From a virus, in IMG/VR virus record IMGVR_UViG_3300025154_000049, positions 64,001 to 128,000 of that record: 64,000 nucleotides of DNA. One strand, 5' to 3'. Below the pieces are notes generated by a model. That model had not been told where the DNA came from, searched no databases, and saw nothing but the letters and a program-made list of their open reading frames with translations. This document shows positions 1 through 10,009 of this stretch, piece after piece. Numbering within the stretch: the stretch's first letter is position 1; each line of letters opens with the position of its first letter. The position numbers and the translations under genes were made by a program.

Positions 1-286
1 AGCATTCTTCTATATTAGCTTCTATTCTATTCTCATATTGATAATAGAGACTTCCACAATCCCCACATTTTACCATTTCTTTTTCTACTTCTGAAATATT
101 GTAGCAAATTTTACATTTAGGACAGATTATAAGCATACTCTCAAAATCCTTATTAGTATATCTAATCTATAAGACAAATAAAAATTTATACTACCAATGA
201 ATATGTTTAAGAGCAACAACATAATTAAGAAGGTACTTAAATTTTTCTCTATTATATTCATTTTTCCATTTTATAAATAAGTATGT

Positions 287-302
287 CTATTTATAATTTA
301 AA
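287..302 (-). promoter_or_regulatory. late-type promoter motif
   Basis: TTTAAATTATAAATAG on minus strand; contains T4-late-like TATAAATA. Confidence 0.55.
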
Positions 303-590
303 TTTTGAATATAATAATTCGATGAATTCGTCAGATTTTATTTCTTTTATTGAAAATGTTGTCTCTTCTTCATTAGCATGTTTAAAAACTACATTTTTAC
401 CCTGTTTACTCATGGAAGATGTTATATTGAATGATTTAATATAATCATTTATAGAGTTCCATATATAGTTTTCTGCATCTTCGTAGCTAAAAAATGCTCC
501 TAGGAAAGATTCCTCTGTATAGAACTCGGAACCCATAGGATGAGTTCTATAGTCTATGGTAGTATCTTCTTTAATTACACAATAAATCAT
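291..590 (-). CDS. hypothetical protein
   Basis: 99 aa ORF, ATGA-coupled to upstream gene. Confidence 0.7.
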   Translation of the reverse strand: MIYCVIKEDTTIDYRTHPMGSEFYTEESFLGAFFSYEDAENYIWNSINDYIKSFNITSSMSKQGKNVVFKHANEEETTFSIKEIKSDEFIELLYSKFKL

Positions 591-940
591 AATAATTCCT
601 CTATGTATTTGACCTCTTCGTAGTAATCAGACCCATTTATAATACATCCTTTCATTTTTTGGATGTACTTCTTAAGAAAAAATTTAACTTTGGGATTTAA
701 TCTTATGAATTCTTCTAAACTAAGACTTTTCTTTTTAACGTTATTACAGAGAGTACAACAAATTAACAAATTATTTAAAAATGTATTCCCTCCCGATGAT
801 TTTGGAATCACGTGGTCTAAGCTTATCTTTCTTTTTTCGTCAAAAGACCTACCACAATAGCAACATTTAGCATTTACTTTACGTGCGTAGTCCTTTAACT
901 GTTTCTTAAGAGATTTTATTGGCTTTTTTGGTGTTGTCAT
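587..940 (-). CDS. HNH endonuclease
   Basis: CCYCG...SLDHVIPKSSGG...NLLICCTLCNNVK motif. Confidence 0.9.
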   Translation of the reverse strand: MTTPKKPIKSLKKQLKDYARKVNAKCCYCGRSFDEKRKISLDHVIPKSSGGNTFLNNLLICCTLCNNVKKKSLSLEEFIRLNPKVKFFLKKYIQKMKGCIINGSDYYEEVKYIEELL

Positions 941-1509
941 TCTACTAATTCCTTGAATACATTATATTGATTCCAAGATTCTTTTTGCATAGTAACTTTA
1001 CTCTCTACATTCCAAGAAGAAAAAGCTGTCTCTGGGGAATAGGAATAACTAACAGCACCTGTATTATTTTTAATATCCTTTAAAACACTCTCAAAAATAT
1101 ATAACTTATCCCACCATTTATTTTTTTCTATTAATTTACCTATTTCTTCTGCAACTAATCTTTTCTCCCTGCTATGATTTTCCAAGATAGTTAAATAGGA
1201 GGAACTAGATTTATTATTAAGTTTTTTTATGAAAGGAATTAAATCCTTTCTAATATTAGCTCTTTTCTTTCTTAGAACATCTCCAGACCTGTATTGTATT
1301 AATTCTCCCTTATCTAGTTTATCTATAAATTGAGGAGGAGTTAAATCACAATCAACAGCCTTCCAAATGTATCCCCCAGATTCGTGAATATTTTCTAATC
1401 TTATTACATTAAAGTCTAATGTACTTAAAGATTTTCTTATAGAACTAAGAGAGGAATATATAACATATCTAATTTTATTATTTTTGGAATATTTATATAT
1501 TTTTCTCAT
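937..1509 (-). CDS. hypothetical protein with C-terminal MxEL-type tag
   Basis: ends VFKELVE. Confidence 0.75.
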   Translation of the reverse strand: MRKIYKYSKNNKIRYVIYSSLSSIRKSLSTLDFNVIRLENIHESGGYIWKAVDCDLTPPQFIDKLDKGELIQYRSGDVLRKKRANIRKDLIPFIKKLNNKSSSSYLTILENHSREKRLVAEEIGKLIEKNKWWDKLYIFESVLKDIKNNTGAVSYSYSPETAFSSWNVESKVTMQKESWNQYNVFKELVE

Positions 1510-1904
1510 GATACTAATTCCCTTAACATTTTTAATCCGTTAATATCTTCTTCAGAAAGATAAGGGAGAGTATTATAGTTAGTAAGATATCCACTAAATA
1601 TTAAACATCTTACCAATTCTTTTCTAAGTTGTTTCAATGTTGTCCTGTTAGTTATTTCATAATCGGTAAATATTAATTCTGAAGAGTTAATATGGGAATC
1701 ATGATATATCTTATCTTTGAAGGATAATTTAAATTTATTATTAATATCAAAAACTATACTTTCCAATTCAGTAGTTCTATATTGGAAAGTTCCATAATGG
1801 TCAAATATCTTTTTTAATTCCTTAAAGACATTAAAATCTTTAAGTTGTCTGGAGAACAGTCTCTGACCGTTAATATTTAAAAGTATAAAATCCCTTAACT
1901 GCAT
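1506..1904 (-). CDS. hypothetical protein with C-terminal MxEL-type tag
   Basis: ends MLRELVS. Confidence 0.75.
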   Translation of the reverse strand: MQLRDFILLNINGQRLFSRQLKDFNVFKELKKIFDHYGTFQYRTTELESIVFDINNKFKLSFKDKIYHDSHINSSELIFTDYEITNRTTLKQLRKELVRCLIFSGYLTNYNTLPYLSEEDINGLKMLRELVS

Positions 1905-2158
1905 AATTCCTTCATACTTCTTTTAGTGTAGTATTCTAAACATTCATCCTTTTCAAAGTATTCTCTATGACCAGATACTAATAATTTTCCTAAGTATTGT
2001 AACTTGTTATCACAAAATTCAATAGGAAAATCTTTTTGTTTAAATCTGTCATGAAAATTATTTATATAAGTACATCTACAATTATCAGGTACTAAGGGAT
2101 AAATATTATTTAACTTGTTTCCATGTTTTTCTAAATAAACTCTACCCATTTGAAACAT
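1895..2158 (-). CDS. hypothetical protein with C-terminal MxEL tag
   Basis: ends SMKELCS; start may be further upstream. Confidence 0.7.
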   Translation of the reverse strand: MFQMGRVYLEKHGNKLNNIYPLVPDNCRCTYINNFHDRFKQKDFPIEFCDNKLQYLGKLLVSGHREYFEKDECLEYYTKRSMKELCS

Positions 2159-2260
2159 TTGTATATACCCACATAGCGACTAACCATAAATAATCTCCTT
2201 ATATGCTACATATTAAATATAGCATACGTTGATTTGAATTACAAGGGTTATTAACTTTTA

Positions 2261-2434
2261 TTAATCTAAACAATTGGGATTAAAGTCTCTAGGTATGATT
2301 AAATTGCAAGGTTTTATCATTCTTCTTTTGACAGTTCCACATTTTTTACAAGTTATTATAGGGTCTTCCATCATACCATGAACAATTTCTTCTTCAGTCT
2401 CACATTCGGGACACCAATAAGAATAAGTAGCCAT
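2261..2434 (-). CDS. FmdB-family zinc-ribbon protein (57 aa, not in ORF track)
   Basis: MATYSYWCPECETEEEIVHGMMEDPIITCKKCG...KRRMI. Confidence 0.8.
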   Translation of the reverse strand: MATYSYWCPECETEEEIVHGMMEDPIITCKKCGTVKRRMIKPCNLIIPRDFNPNCLD

Positions 2435-2656
2435 TTATTTACTTCTCCTCTTTAAATAAAATAATTTTATTGTATATAATAAGGTAGTTAAAGCATATAT
2501 AACTAAAGGGGCATCAGATAAAACCAATGCTAAACACAAAATATTTAAGGTAGGGTCAATATTTAAAGTATAAATAACGAAACTTCCTAACATAATATTA
2601 GTAGAAACTGTTAATAAAATAATTAACAATATAATAGATAAAATAAGACTTATCAT
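2435..2656 (-). CDS. small membrane protein
   Basis: hydrophobic 73 aa, AGGAG RBS. Confidence 0.65.
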   Translation of the reverse strand: MISLILSIILLIILLTVSTNIMLGSFVIYTLNIDPTLNILCLALVLSDAPLVIYALTTLLYTIKLFYLKRRSK

Positions 2657-2664
2657 GCTTCTCC

Positions 2665-2838
2665 TTAGTAGTAGAGATTATCATGTAATATGTCTATTAA
2701 TACATCTCTATCGTGTATTAATTCCTTTACTAAACCATCATCCAAGATATCCTTGTTGTTTTCAATGTTTAGAGTTAATTCTTCGATTTCTTCTTTCAAC
2801 ACTTCAATTTGTCTTAATTCATCTCTGGTAAGTTCCAT
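2665..2838 (-). CDS. small hypothetical protein (57 aa, not in ORF track)
   Basis: MELTRDELRQ..., AGGAGG RBS. Confidence 0.65.
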   Translation of the reverse strand: MELTRDELRQIEVLKEEIEELTLNIENNKDILDDGLVKELIHDRDVLIDILHDNLYY

Positions 2839-2920
2839 AAAATCCTCCTATTCACATGTATATTCATTATACTACACTTTTATTCAATATTCAAGGATTT
2901 ATGAATTTATGTAACAAAGT

Positions 2921-2950
2921 AAAATACCCCTTTTATAACTAGGGGTATTT
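2921..2950 (-). terminator. intrinsic terminator
   Basis: AAATACCCC/GGGGTATTT hairpin after tail protein gene. Confidence 0.7.
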
Positions 2951-2987
2951 CTATATGAACATCCTTGAGAGGGGAGACTAATATAAT

Positions 2988-5201
2988 CTAGTAATAGAAT
3001 ATGTTAGCCACTACAGAAGAGACAGGTAATGTTATTTGAGTATTAAACTTTTCAGTAATTGCGGAATTGGCTCCAGTCCAACCACCCATAGCTAATCCAG
3101 AGTTTTGACCACCACATCCAGATAAGGTGATTCTAGCAGTTCCTAAAGAACTTGTGTTAGTCCAAAGAATACCATTAAATTTTTCTGTATTAGCAACATA
3201 AGAACCAGTGCTACCCCCAAAGTTTAAAGCGGAGGATTGTGTTCCACATCCGCTTAAATTAGTTCTTGCAGATACTAACGAAGAAGCGATAGACCAAGTA
3301 GCCCCATTGAATTTTTCCGTATTGGCTAAGACATCAGAACCAGTAGTAGTTCCTCCAGAACTTAATCCAGAGTTTTGACCTCCGCACCCTGCTAATACAT
3401 GTCTAGCCGTGTTCATATTACCAGTGGCAGACCAAGCAGTTCCATTAAATTTTTCAGTTACGTTAGATGTAGAGCCAGTGTTTCCTCCGAAGCTTAATCC
3501 AGAATTTTGAGTACCTGCCCCACCAAGTCCGTGTCTGGCGGTATTTAAATTACCAGTAGAAGACCAAGTAGAACCATTAAACTTTTCAGTTGCATTAGAA
3601 ACAGAACCAGTGTTACCTCCAAAACTTAACCCCACTGTCTGGGTTCCACAACCTGCTAGTAGATAACGAGTAGTGTTCAAATTCCCGCTATTAGCCCAAG
3701 TACTTCCATTAAACTTTTCAGTATTATTTAATATAGTGGAAGCGTTATATCCTCCAAAGCATGTTCCACTATTTTCAAATCCACAACTTCCCATAGCATA
3801 TCTAGCAGTATTTAAGTTACCTGAGCTAGTCCACACACCACCTATTACATCATCTAGGAAACCTAATGATGCTAAATCATTATGTTCTTCTTCTGTTAAT
3901 CCATTAGATAAAGGTCTTACTTCTACTGCTAAATAACAAGGACAATATATTTCAAAAGTATTTAAATCGTCTTTTAAGGTATCTACTTCTATTATGTCAT
4001 TATTACTACTTAGTAGATAATAAGAGAATAAAGGTTCTCCATTGAATTTTTCCGTATTGGCTAAGACACCAGAACCCGTATTACCTCCTCCAAAACTTAA
4101 TCCAGAGTTTTGTGTACCTGCTCCTCCAAGCCCGTTTCTAACTGTATTTAAGTTACCTGTATTAGACCAAGTATCTCCATTAAACTTCTCAGTTGCTCCT
4201 ACATAAGTAGTTGTATATCCTCCAAAACTTAATCCAGAGTTTTGTGTACCTGCCCCACCAAGTCCATCTCTAGCAGTATTTAAGTTACCTGTATTAGACC
4301 AAGTACTTCCATTAAACTTCTCTGTTACAGCAAAAACAGAACTAGTACTACCCCCAAAACTCAATCCAGAATTTTGAGTACCTGCTCCTCCAAGCCCACG
4401 TCTAGCAGTATTTAAAGAACCCGTGTTAGCCCAAGTAGAACCATTAAACTTTTCAGTTGTTGCTGAATAGGAACCAGCATATCCTCCAAAACTTAATCCA
4501 GAGTTTTGAGTTCCACATCCAACTAACTGATGTCTAGCAGTATTTAAGTTACCTGTATTAGACCAAGTATCTCCATTAAACTTCTCAGTTGCTCCTACAT
4601 AAGTAGTTGTATATCCTCCAAAACTTAATCCAGAGTTTTGAGTTCCACACCCAGCTAAAGCACGTCTAGCAGTATTTAAGTTACCTGTATTAGACCAAGT
4701 ACTTCCATTAAACTTCTCTGTTACAGCAGAAACAGAACCTGTGTTACCCCCAAAAGATAATCCAGAGTTTTGTGTTCCACATCCAGATAAGGAGACTCTA
4801 GTTGTATTTAAATTTTCGCTAGAAGACCATATATTTTTTACTAGGTTAGTTCCAGTATAGTTAGTTAAATTTATATACCTGTTACCAGAATCTGAAATAT
4901 AGAATTCTTTATACATAGCATCTACATCTAAAGATGTTATAGTTAAACTTCCCCCACCAGTTCCAGTATTTACTTGAGTCCATCCAGTATTTCCGCCATC
5001 GGATGTTTTTCTATATACATATCCAGTAGCAGTGTCTTCGTACAAGATACCTATATTGGCAGTAACGGCACCTTCAGGTGCCCCAGAATCTCTCAGAAAT
5101 GTAGCATTAATACCATTATATAAAGTATCAAAATCACTGTTTACCTGAGCAGATAAACTTATTGTATTTCCAGTAAAATCGTATGGTTTACTTAAAGTCA
5201 T
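2988..5201 (-). CDS. tail/virion protein with two six-bladed Kelch-like beta-propellers
   Basis: 2x6 repeats of ~44 aa (W-x-x-TGNLNTAR-x3-GCGTQNSGLSFGG-x8-TEKFNG); tail-fibre-like N-terminus; late promoter. Confidence 0.75.
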   Translation of the reverse strand: MTLSKPYDFTGNTISLSAQVNSDFDTLYNGINATFLRDSGAPEGAVTANIGILYEDTATGYVYRKTSDGGNTGWTQVNTGTGGGSLTITSLDVDAMYKEFYISDSGNRYINLTNYTGTNLVKNIWSSSENLNTTRVSLSGCGTQNSGLSFGGNTGSVSAVTEKFNGSTWSNTGNLNTARRALAGCGTQNSGLSFGGYTTTYVGATEKFNGDTWSNTGNLNTARHQLVGCGTQNSGLSFGGYAGSYSATTEKFNGSTWANTGSLNTARRGLGGAGTQNSGLSFGGSTSSVFAVTEKFNGSTWSNTGNLNTARDGLGGAGTQNSGLSFGGYTTTYVGATEKFNGDTWSNTGNLNTVRNGLGGAGTQNSGLSFGGGNTGSGVLANTEKFNGEPLFSYYLLSSNNDIIEVDTLKDDLNTFEIYCPCYLAVEVRPLSNGLTEEEHNDLASLGFLDDVIGGVWTSSGNLNTARYAMGSCGFENSGTCFGGYNASTILNNTEKFNGSTWANSGNLNTTRYLLAGCGTQTVGLSFGGNTGSVSNATEKFNGSTWSSTGNLNTARHGLGGAGTQNSGLSFGGNTGSTSNVTEKFNGTAWSATGNMNTARHVLAGCGGQNSGLSSGGTTTGSDVLANTEKFNGATWSIASSLVSARTNLSGCGTQSSALNFGGSTGSYVANTEKFNGILWTNTSSLGTARITLSGCGGQNSGLAMGGWTGANSAITEKFNTQITLPVSSVVANIFYY

Positions 5202-5207
5202 ATATTA

Positions 5208-5660
5208 TTAACTCCACATAGCATTTGATACAATATGCCAGTTATCCCCATCGCTAACAACCCTCATATAGGCATATTGACCACCTATAGTTTTATTTAA
5301 ACTTCCATCCAGAGTGTCTGTTAAATCGCCTTCTATTATCACGTTACCTGTTCCAGAATCAACTTTTTTAACAATTACTTCTTTGCCAGTAACATTAGCA
5401 GCGGGGGGTAGGGTTATGGTTCTATCCGAACTTCCAGTAGTAACAGTAGCGAAACTTTCATTGTTAGCCATACTATAGTCAGTACTACTTACTACTACAA
5501 AAGTAAAACCAGAACTCCCTGTCTGACCTAGTATATTAGTCCAAGACCCACCATTATCCTGTCCTTGTAAAACTCCAGAGTTAGACCTGATACCTACTTT
5601 ATTAGTTCCTTTTCCGATAGTAAATGTGTCTATCAAAGTACCAAGAATATTAAGTAACAT
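5208..5660 (-). CDS. putative tail-fibre/virion structural protein
   Basis: TITLPPAA...GKEVIVKKVD...IIEG..DTLDG...VVSDG.NW module typical of fibre proteins. Confidence 0.65.
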   Translation of the reverse strand: MLLNILGTLIDTFTIGKGTNKVGIRSNSGVLQGQDNGGSWTNILGQTGSSGFTFVVVSSTDYSMANNESFATVTTGSSDRTITLPPAANVTGKEVIVKKVDSGTGNVIIEGDLTDTLDGSLNKTIGGQYAYMRVVSDGDNWHIVSNAMWS

Positions 5661-5711
5661 TATTATTAATTTCCTTAAATTAAATTACGTGCTTATTCAT
5701 CATAAAGTTCT

Positions 5712-5727
5712 CTATTTAAAATATAAA
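5712..5727 (-). promoter_or_regulatory. late-type promoter motif
   Basis: TTTATATTTTAAATAG upstream of structural genes. Confidence 0.65.
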
Positions 5728-5775
5728 AGTCCCAGTAAATAACTGAGACTTTTTTAGGTATATTTTTATAGATTT

Positions 5776-6846
5776 TTAAATTAATTCATATAACTTATTT
5801 TTTATAAGGAAATCAGCTATTCCACTTTCTCTCCCCACATATAAATTCATAGCTAGGGACATCTTATTATTTAATTCAGAAGTAGCTTTTATGGCATAAT
5901 CTTTTCTAGGTAAATTTTTATTAGTAGCATAGAAATTATCTATTTCCTGAATCAGTTCGTTGTACAAAACTACTAATTTTACCCTGAATTCTTCTAAATA
6001 CTTTAATAAATCTTTATCTTCTTTGAATAAAGGAAGTACATCGTCTAAACCATTACTTAAAATAAGTTCAGATAAGTGTTTTTTATTAGAAATACTATCT
6101 TTTACTCGATGTTTACGTACGTAAACATCGAGTAAAAGATAAATTCTCTGACCATTATCGAAAACTATTACAAACCCTTCTCTGCCAGAGGCAGTCTCTT
6201 GTAATTTAGCAACATCTTCTAAACTTATATTATATTCTTTTACAATTTCAAAAGGGCATCCCCCTAAGTCATGTACTGAATGATATTCTCCAGTAAACAT
6301 ATTTCTAAGAGCCAATAAAACCAATTTTTCTTCGGGATAAAATAAAACTATTTGGTTAGTGGGTGCTACATATTCCATAAGTGGGGTATAACCTTGATTA
6401 ATCCAGTAAGTACAAAAATCCTTAAACTCTTTACTGTTATTGATAATCTCAGTAGCTCTTTTAGATTGCTCCGATTCTATTGTTGATTTTGTCTTAGCAA
6501 GTATTTCACCGTCTGGAAGCATTCCGACGGTTATTAAAGAACCATCTACCTTCTCTGTGATGGATATAGGGGTCAATTTAGATACTAATAACTTGTCTGT
6601 GAAAGGATTTTCCTCATAATTAAAAAATTTTTCAAAATTAGTACAAAATAGTTCTATGTTTCCTTCTTTATCTTTTATAAATGTTTTACCTCTAGCTTCC
6701 AAAGCATTAGGAAGTAAGAAATCAGAATAAGAAGCTAATCTATAGTTAAAAGAAGTTAATTCGTAATCTTTATAAACCTGAACTGACTTTATAAAATTTT
6801 CATTAGTATCTACTAAATTTTGAAAAGAGTTGTAGTAATCTTTCAT
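5776..6846 (-). CDS. rnlA: RNA ligase 1 (T4 Rnl1-like), motif V altered
   Basis: EARG, KFFNYEE, EKVDGSL (motif I), EYVAPTNQIV, EGFV; expected KxK motif V reads IYLLL. Confidence 0.88.
   Translation of the reverse strand: MKDYYNSFQNLVDTNENFIKSVQVYKDYELTSFNYRLASYSDFLLPNALEARGKTFIKDKEGNIELFCTNFEKFFNYEENPFTDKLLVSKLTPISITEKVDGSLITVGMLPDGEILAKTKSTIESEQSKRATEIINNSKEFKDFCTYWINQGYTPLMEYVAPTNQIVLFYPEEKLVLLALRNMFTGEYHSVHDLGGCPFEIVKEYNISLEDVAKLQETASGREGFVIVFDNGQRIYLLLDVYVRKHRVKDSISNKKHLSELILSNGLDDVLPLFKEDKDLLKYLEEFRVKLVVLYNELIQEIDNFYATNKNLPRKDYAIKATSELNNKMSLAMNLYVGRESGIADFLIKNKLYELI
6096..6141. repeat. perfect 46-bp palindrome inside RNA ligase gene
   Basis: TATCTTTTACTCGATGTTTACGT|ACGTAAACATCGAGTAAAAGATA. 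Confidence 0.95.
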
Positions 6847-6857
6847 CTAGTTTTCCT

Positions 6858-7334
6858 TTATGTTGTTAATTCCCGCATTGACAATCTTGTTAATAACCTA
6901 TTATAACATGGTAGATATGTTAAGTCAATATCTTTCTCTTGAATACATTTAAAATCTTTAACATTAATTAATATCTTGTCAAAACTATTAATTAATAGAA
7001 ATTCCAAGAAAGTATTTGTTATAGTTTCGTAGGATATATCATTTTTGAATACTGTTTTCCATATTTCTCTATCTTCAAAAGATAAACATCTCTCATTAAA
7101 ATAGTGTATTTCATAAGTAAAACTATTCCTATTTGCATTATTGAATATTTGATAGAGTATAAAAGGGTATTGGCTTACTCCCAATTCTTGGCATCTCATA
7201 CATTCAGTTAAGAAATCACCACAGTAATGTATTTTCTTAAATTGTTTTTCTGTTCTATAATTTTCATACTTGTACTTCAAAAATGAATATAGAATACCTA
7301 TAATTCCGCCTACTATAATTCCATTAAAAATCAT
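6858..7334 (-). CDS. membrane-anchored hypothetical protein with MxEL tag
   Basis: N-terminal TM; ends SMRELTT. Confidence 0.75.
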   Translation of the reverse strand: MIFNGIIVGGIIGILYSFLKYKYENYRTEKQFKKIHYCGDFLTECMRCQELGVSQYPFILYQIFNNANRNSFTYEIHYFNERCLSFEDREIWKTVFKNDISYETITNTFLEFLLINSFDKILINVKDFKCIQEKDIDLTYLPCYNRLLTRLSMRELTT

Positions 7335-8281
7335 ATAAAATTTTTACCATTAGTAGCAATTGCTATAAGTTTATCTACATCGTACAGTCTTGTAGATATA
7401 GCCAAAGTTTCTAATTCTTTATACATATCCCCATCATTAAAGGGTAGCATTAAATCAGATATATTATCGGTTCCTATTCCTACTTGTATTTCGTACTCCA
7501 ACATCTCGTCTACTGGTGTTATAGAATTATGTACTGGTTGTAAGTCTTCTTTTCTGGGAGAATCCAACCATGCCCTAGGACAACAGATAATAGAAGTTCC
7601 CGTCTCTTTTAAATAGTCGTAGATAAAATTTCTATAATTTCTGGGATGACTAGAAAGAGAAATACAATGGATTAAAGATACTTGACCCTCTAACCCGTGT
7701 TCTACTACCTTGTCTAACACTAACTCTGTTTCTTTTTCTTCAGAAGAATTGAATTGGTCTACATGAACATGAACTTTCTTAGATAATTGTTTAGCTCTTT
7801 TAAATACTATATCCAAATGAGCCTTTGAGTCTACATCTCTAGCTGGCAAAGAACCTATAATATCACAATAAGCAGAACCCATATCAAAGTAGTATCTATT
7901 TTTCTCGTCTAAGATACCTTTTAGAGTTTGGTTAGCACATTTTAGGTCTATTAAAGCTCCAAAATTTCCTTTAACATTTTCAAAAGCTTCATAAGGTTTA
8001 GATTCTGACACTTCATCAAAGTCTAAAAAGGTGCATATTCCTTTAGCTCCATTCATTTTTTGATAAGTAACAGCATTCATCATATTGGTAGTTAGTTGTT
8101 TTAAAGTTATTTCTTTCTTTATACTATCTACTAGATGCCATTTTTGTTTTAAATCCTTATTAGACACGTTAAAATTTTCATCTGTAAGAGTATAAGCTCT
8201 ATCCAAATGAGCATGACAATTATAAAATCCGCCTTTTTTTTCTATAAGGTCTCTAAAATACCCTTCTACATTAAAAAACAT
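7331..8281 (-). CDS. amidohydrolase / cytosine deaminase-like metalloenzyme
   Basis: HAHLD, HVHVDQ, LIHCIS, GTDN motifs. Confidence 0.85.
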   Translation of the reverse strand: MFFNVEGYFRDLIEKKGGFYNCHAHLDRAYTLTDENFNVSNKDLKQKWHLVDSIKKEITLKQLTTNMMNAVTYQKMNGAKGICTFLDFDEVSESKPYEAFENVKGNFGALIDLKCANQTLKGILDEKNRYYFDMGSAYCDIIGSLPARDVDSKAHLDIVFKRAKQLSKKVHVHVDQFNSSEEKETELVLDKVVEHGLEGQVSLIHCISLSSHPRNYRNFIYDYLKETGTSIICCPRAWLDSPRKEDLQPVHNSITPVDEMLEYEIQVGIGTDNISDLMLPFNDGDMYKELETLAISTRLYDVDKLIAIATNGKNFI

Positions 8282-8289
8282 ACTACTCC

Positions 8290-8877
8290 TTAAAATTTAA
8301 CTTTACAAGACTTATCTATTCTAGTTAAAATACTAGCTCCACTAAATTTTTCATCTCCATTTAAGTTAATAAGAGCTTCTACTATACCTACTGCCTCTCC
8401 TTTACTATTTAATACTGGACTACCAGACCATCCTTTAGCTATAAAAGAGTCTGAGATAAGATAGTTGTTGGCAACTCCGAATATTTGACCAGAAGAAGAA
8501 CTAACACAATTATTAATTTTTATCCTATCTCCTTTTTTAATGGTACCTATAGGATAAGGAGCTATTCCTTCTGTATTTATATTTATAGTAGTTATAGTAT
8601 TAGTTAAATATTTAACTTGGTTCTGACTTATTAATCTAGCTTTGCCTTTAATATCTATAAAAACATATTTAAAATTATTATTTAATATATGGGTAGCTGT
8701 TATTATTTTATTTTTTCCAACAATAAAACCATGACCGTAGGCTATATGATTCTTATCTGCTACTCCTATAATTAGAACAATTCTATCGTCCTGACATCTT
8801 TTTAGAAGAATATCTTTGGCACAACATTGGGTAGTTAATAAAAAACAAAATAAAATAGACAGTAAAATTCTAAACAT
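8290..8877 (-). CDS. secreted trypsin-like serine protease
   Basis: signal peptide, GHGFIVG, TATH, GWSGSPV; catalytic Asp not obvious. Confidence 0.75.
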   Translation of the reverse strand: MFRILLSILFCFLLTTQCCAKDILLKRCQDDRIVLIIGVADKNHIAYGHGFIVGKNKIITATHILNNNFKYVFIDIKGKARLISQNQVKYLTNTITTININTEGIAPYPIGTIKKGDRIKINNCVSSSSGQIFGVANNYLISDSFIAKGWSGSPVLNSKGEAVGIVEALINLNGDEKFSGASILTRIDKSCKVKF

Positions 8878-8898
8878 AAAAATATCTCCTTTTATTTG

Positions 8899-8927
8899 AT
8901 TATACCAAACAAGGAGATAAAAGTCAA
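8899..8927 (-). promoter_or_regulatory. sigma70-type early promoter
   Basis: TTGACT-17-TATAAT with extended TG. Confidence 0.8.
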
Positions 8928-8928
8928 G

Positions 8929-9840
8929 CTAAAAATTCATGAATTTTTGTAAAGCCTTCTCTACGTCATCTACTTCAGAATCGTCTAATTCCTTGTCATC
9001 TATTAAATCTTCTAAATCAGATACTAATCTATTATATAAAAATCGGGATAATAATTTATATTGAGCATTGTCATCTTCCCACTCTGGAGTATCCGCACTG
9101 TGCTTTCTTCTTATCTCTTTCCAATGTTTTTTATCTTGAGAAAGAGATGCTATTTCTTGTTCCATAGAATCTAATTTATCTTGTAGTAAATCTCTCAATT
9201 GTATTTTAGTTTCTTCAGGAACTCTTCCCATAACACTTCTAAGATACCTATAATCTATCAAATCTCTCCTTAATTTACCAATATCTAAATCTGCATCTTT
9301 AGTGAGATACTCTATTTTAGAAAACACGTCTTTAAATACTTCATAGGGATTATACGTGTCTTGTTTTAGTATTGGTTTTTTAATCCAAGTATTTTGTAGG
9401 AGTGAATAAACTCCTATACTTTTTAAATCCGACTCTTCATCAAACTCCACATATACTTCAAAAGGATGAATACCAGCATACCAATTATTTTCATCTCTAT
9501 TGTCTTTATACCATTTCATTACTTTTTTAGTAAATTCTAAATTATCTTCTCCCTCTATTTGGTCAACATTAGGAATTATATGAATATCTATATCCGATTC
9601 ATCATCGTATATATTGGATGTTATAGAACCTATGATATAAATATCTCTGGCTAATTCTATAAGGTTATAGTATGGATAAGCTCTTAGTGCTCTAAATATT
9701 TTGTTTTTTACATCTTTTCTTAGGACGTAATCCCCACTATCTTTAAAAAGCCAAACATCCTCAGAAGGTTTCTCATGAGGAAAATCTATGGAGGACTCAT
9801 TTAATCCGCCAATAATGTTTTTAATCTTTTTTAATGACAT
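8929..9840 (-). CDS. nucleotidyltransferase (Pol beta superfamily) with N-terminal KKI-E leader
   Basis: IIGS...YDDESDIDIH; starts MSLKKIKNIIGGLNE. Confidence 0.8.
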   Translation of the reverse strand: MSLKKIKNIIGGLNESSIDFPHEKPSEDVWLFKDSGDYVLRKDVKNKIFRALRAYPYYNLIELARDIYIIGSITSNIYDDESDIDIHIIPNVDQIEGEDNLEFTKKVMKWYKDNRDENNWYAGIHPFEVYVEFDEESDLKSIGVYSLLQNTWIKKPILKQDTYNPYEVFKDVFSKIEYLTKDADLDIGKLRRDLIDYRYLRSVMGRVPEETKIQLRDLLQDKLDSMEQEIASLSQDKKHWKEIRRKHSADTPEWEDDNAQYKLLSRFLYNRLVSDLEDLIDDKELDDSEVDDVEKALQKFMNF

Positions 9841-9977
9841 TATTTCTTTTCTTCTGTAAGAGGTCTAAGCTCTTTACTTTTCTTCTCATCTACCAAACTG
9901 CTAATGTTCATTAATAATTGTTTAATTTTTTCTAATCCCTGTTCCATACCAAATTTCCAGAATTAATTGTACTCTAT

Positions 9978-9993
9978 CTATTTATAATTTAAA
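9978..9993 (-). promoter_or_regulatory. late-type promoter motif
   Basis: TTTAAATTATAAATAG. Confidence 0.65.
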
Positions 9994-10009
9994 ATAAGTA
10001 TGTAACAAA

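Noticed and set aside
3000-4830. CRISPR array
   Set aside because: The repeats are in-frame ~132-bp coding repeats of a propeller protein, with no repeat-spacer structure and no cas genes.
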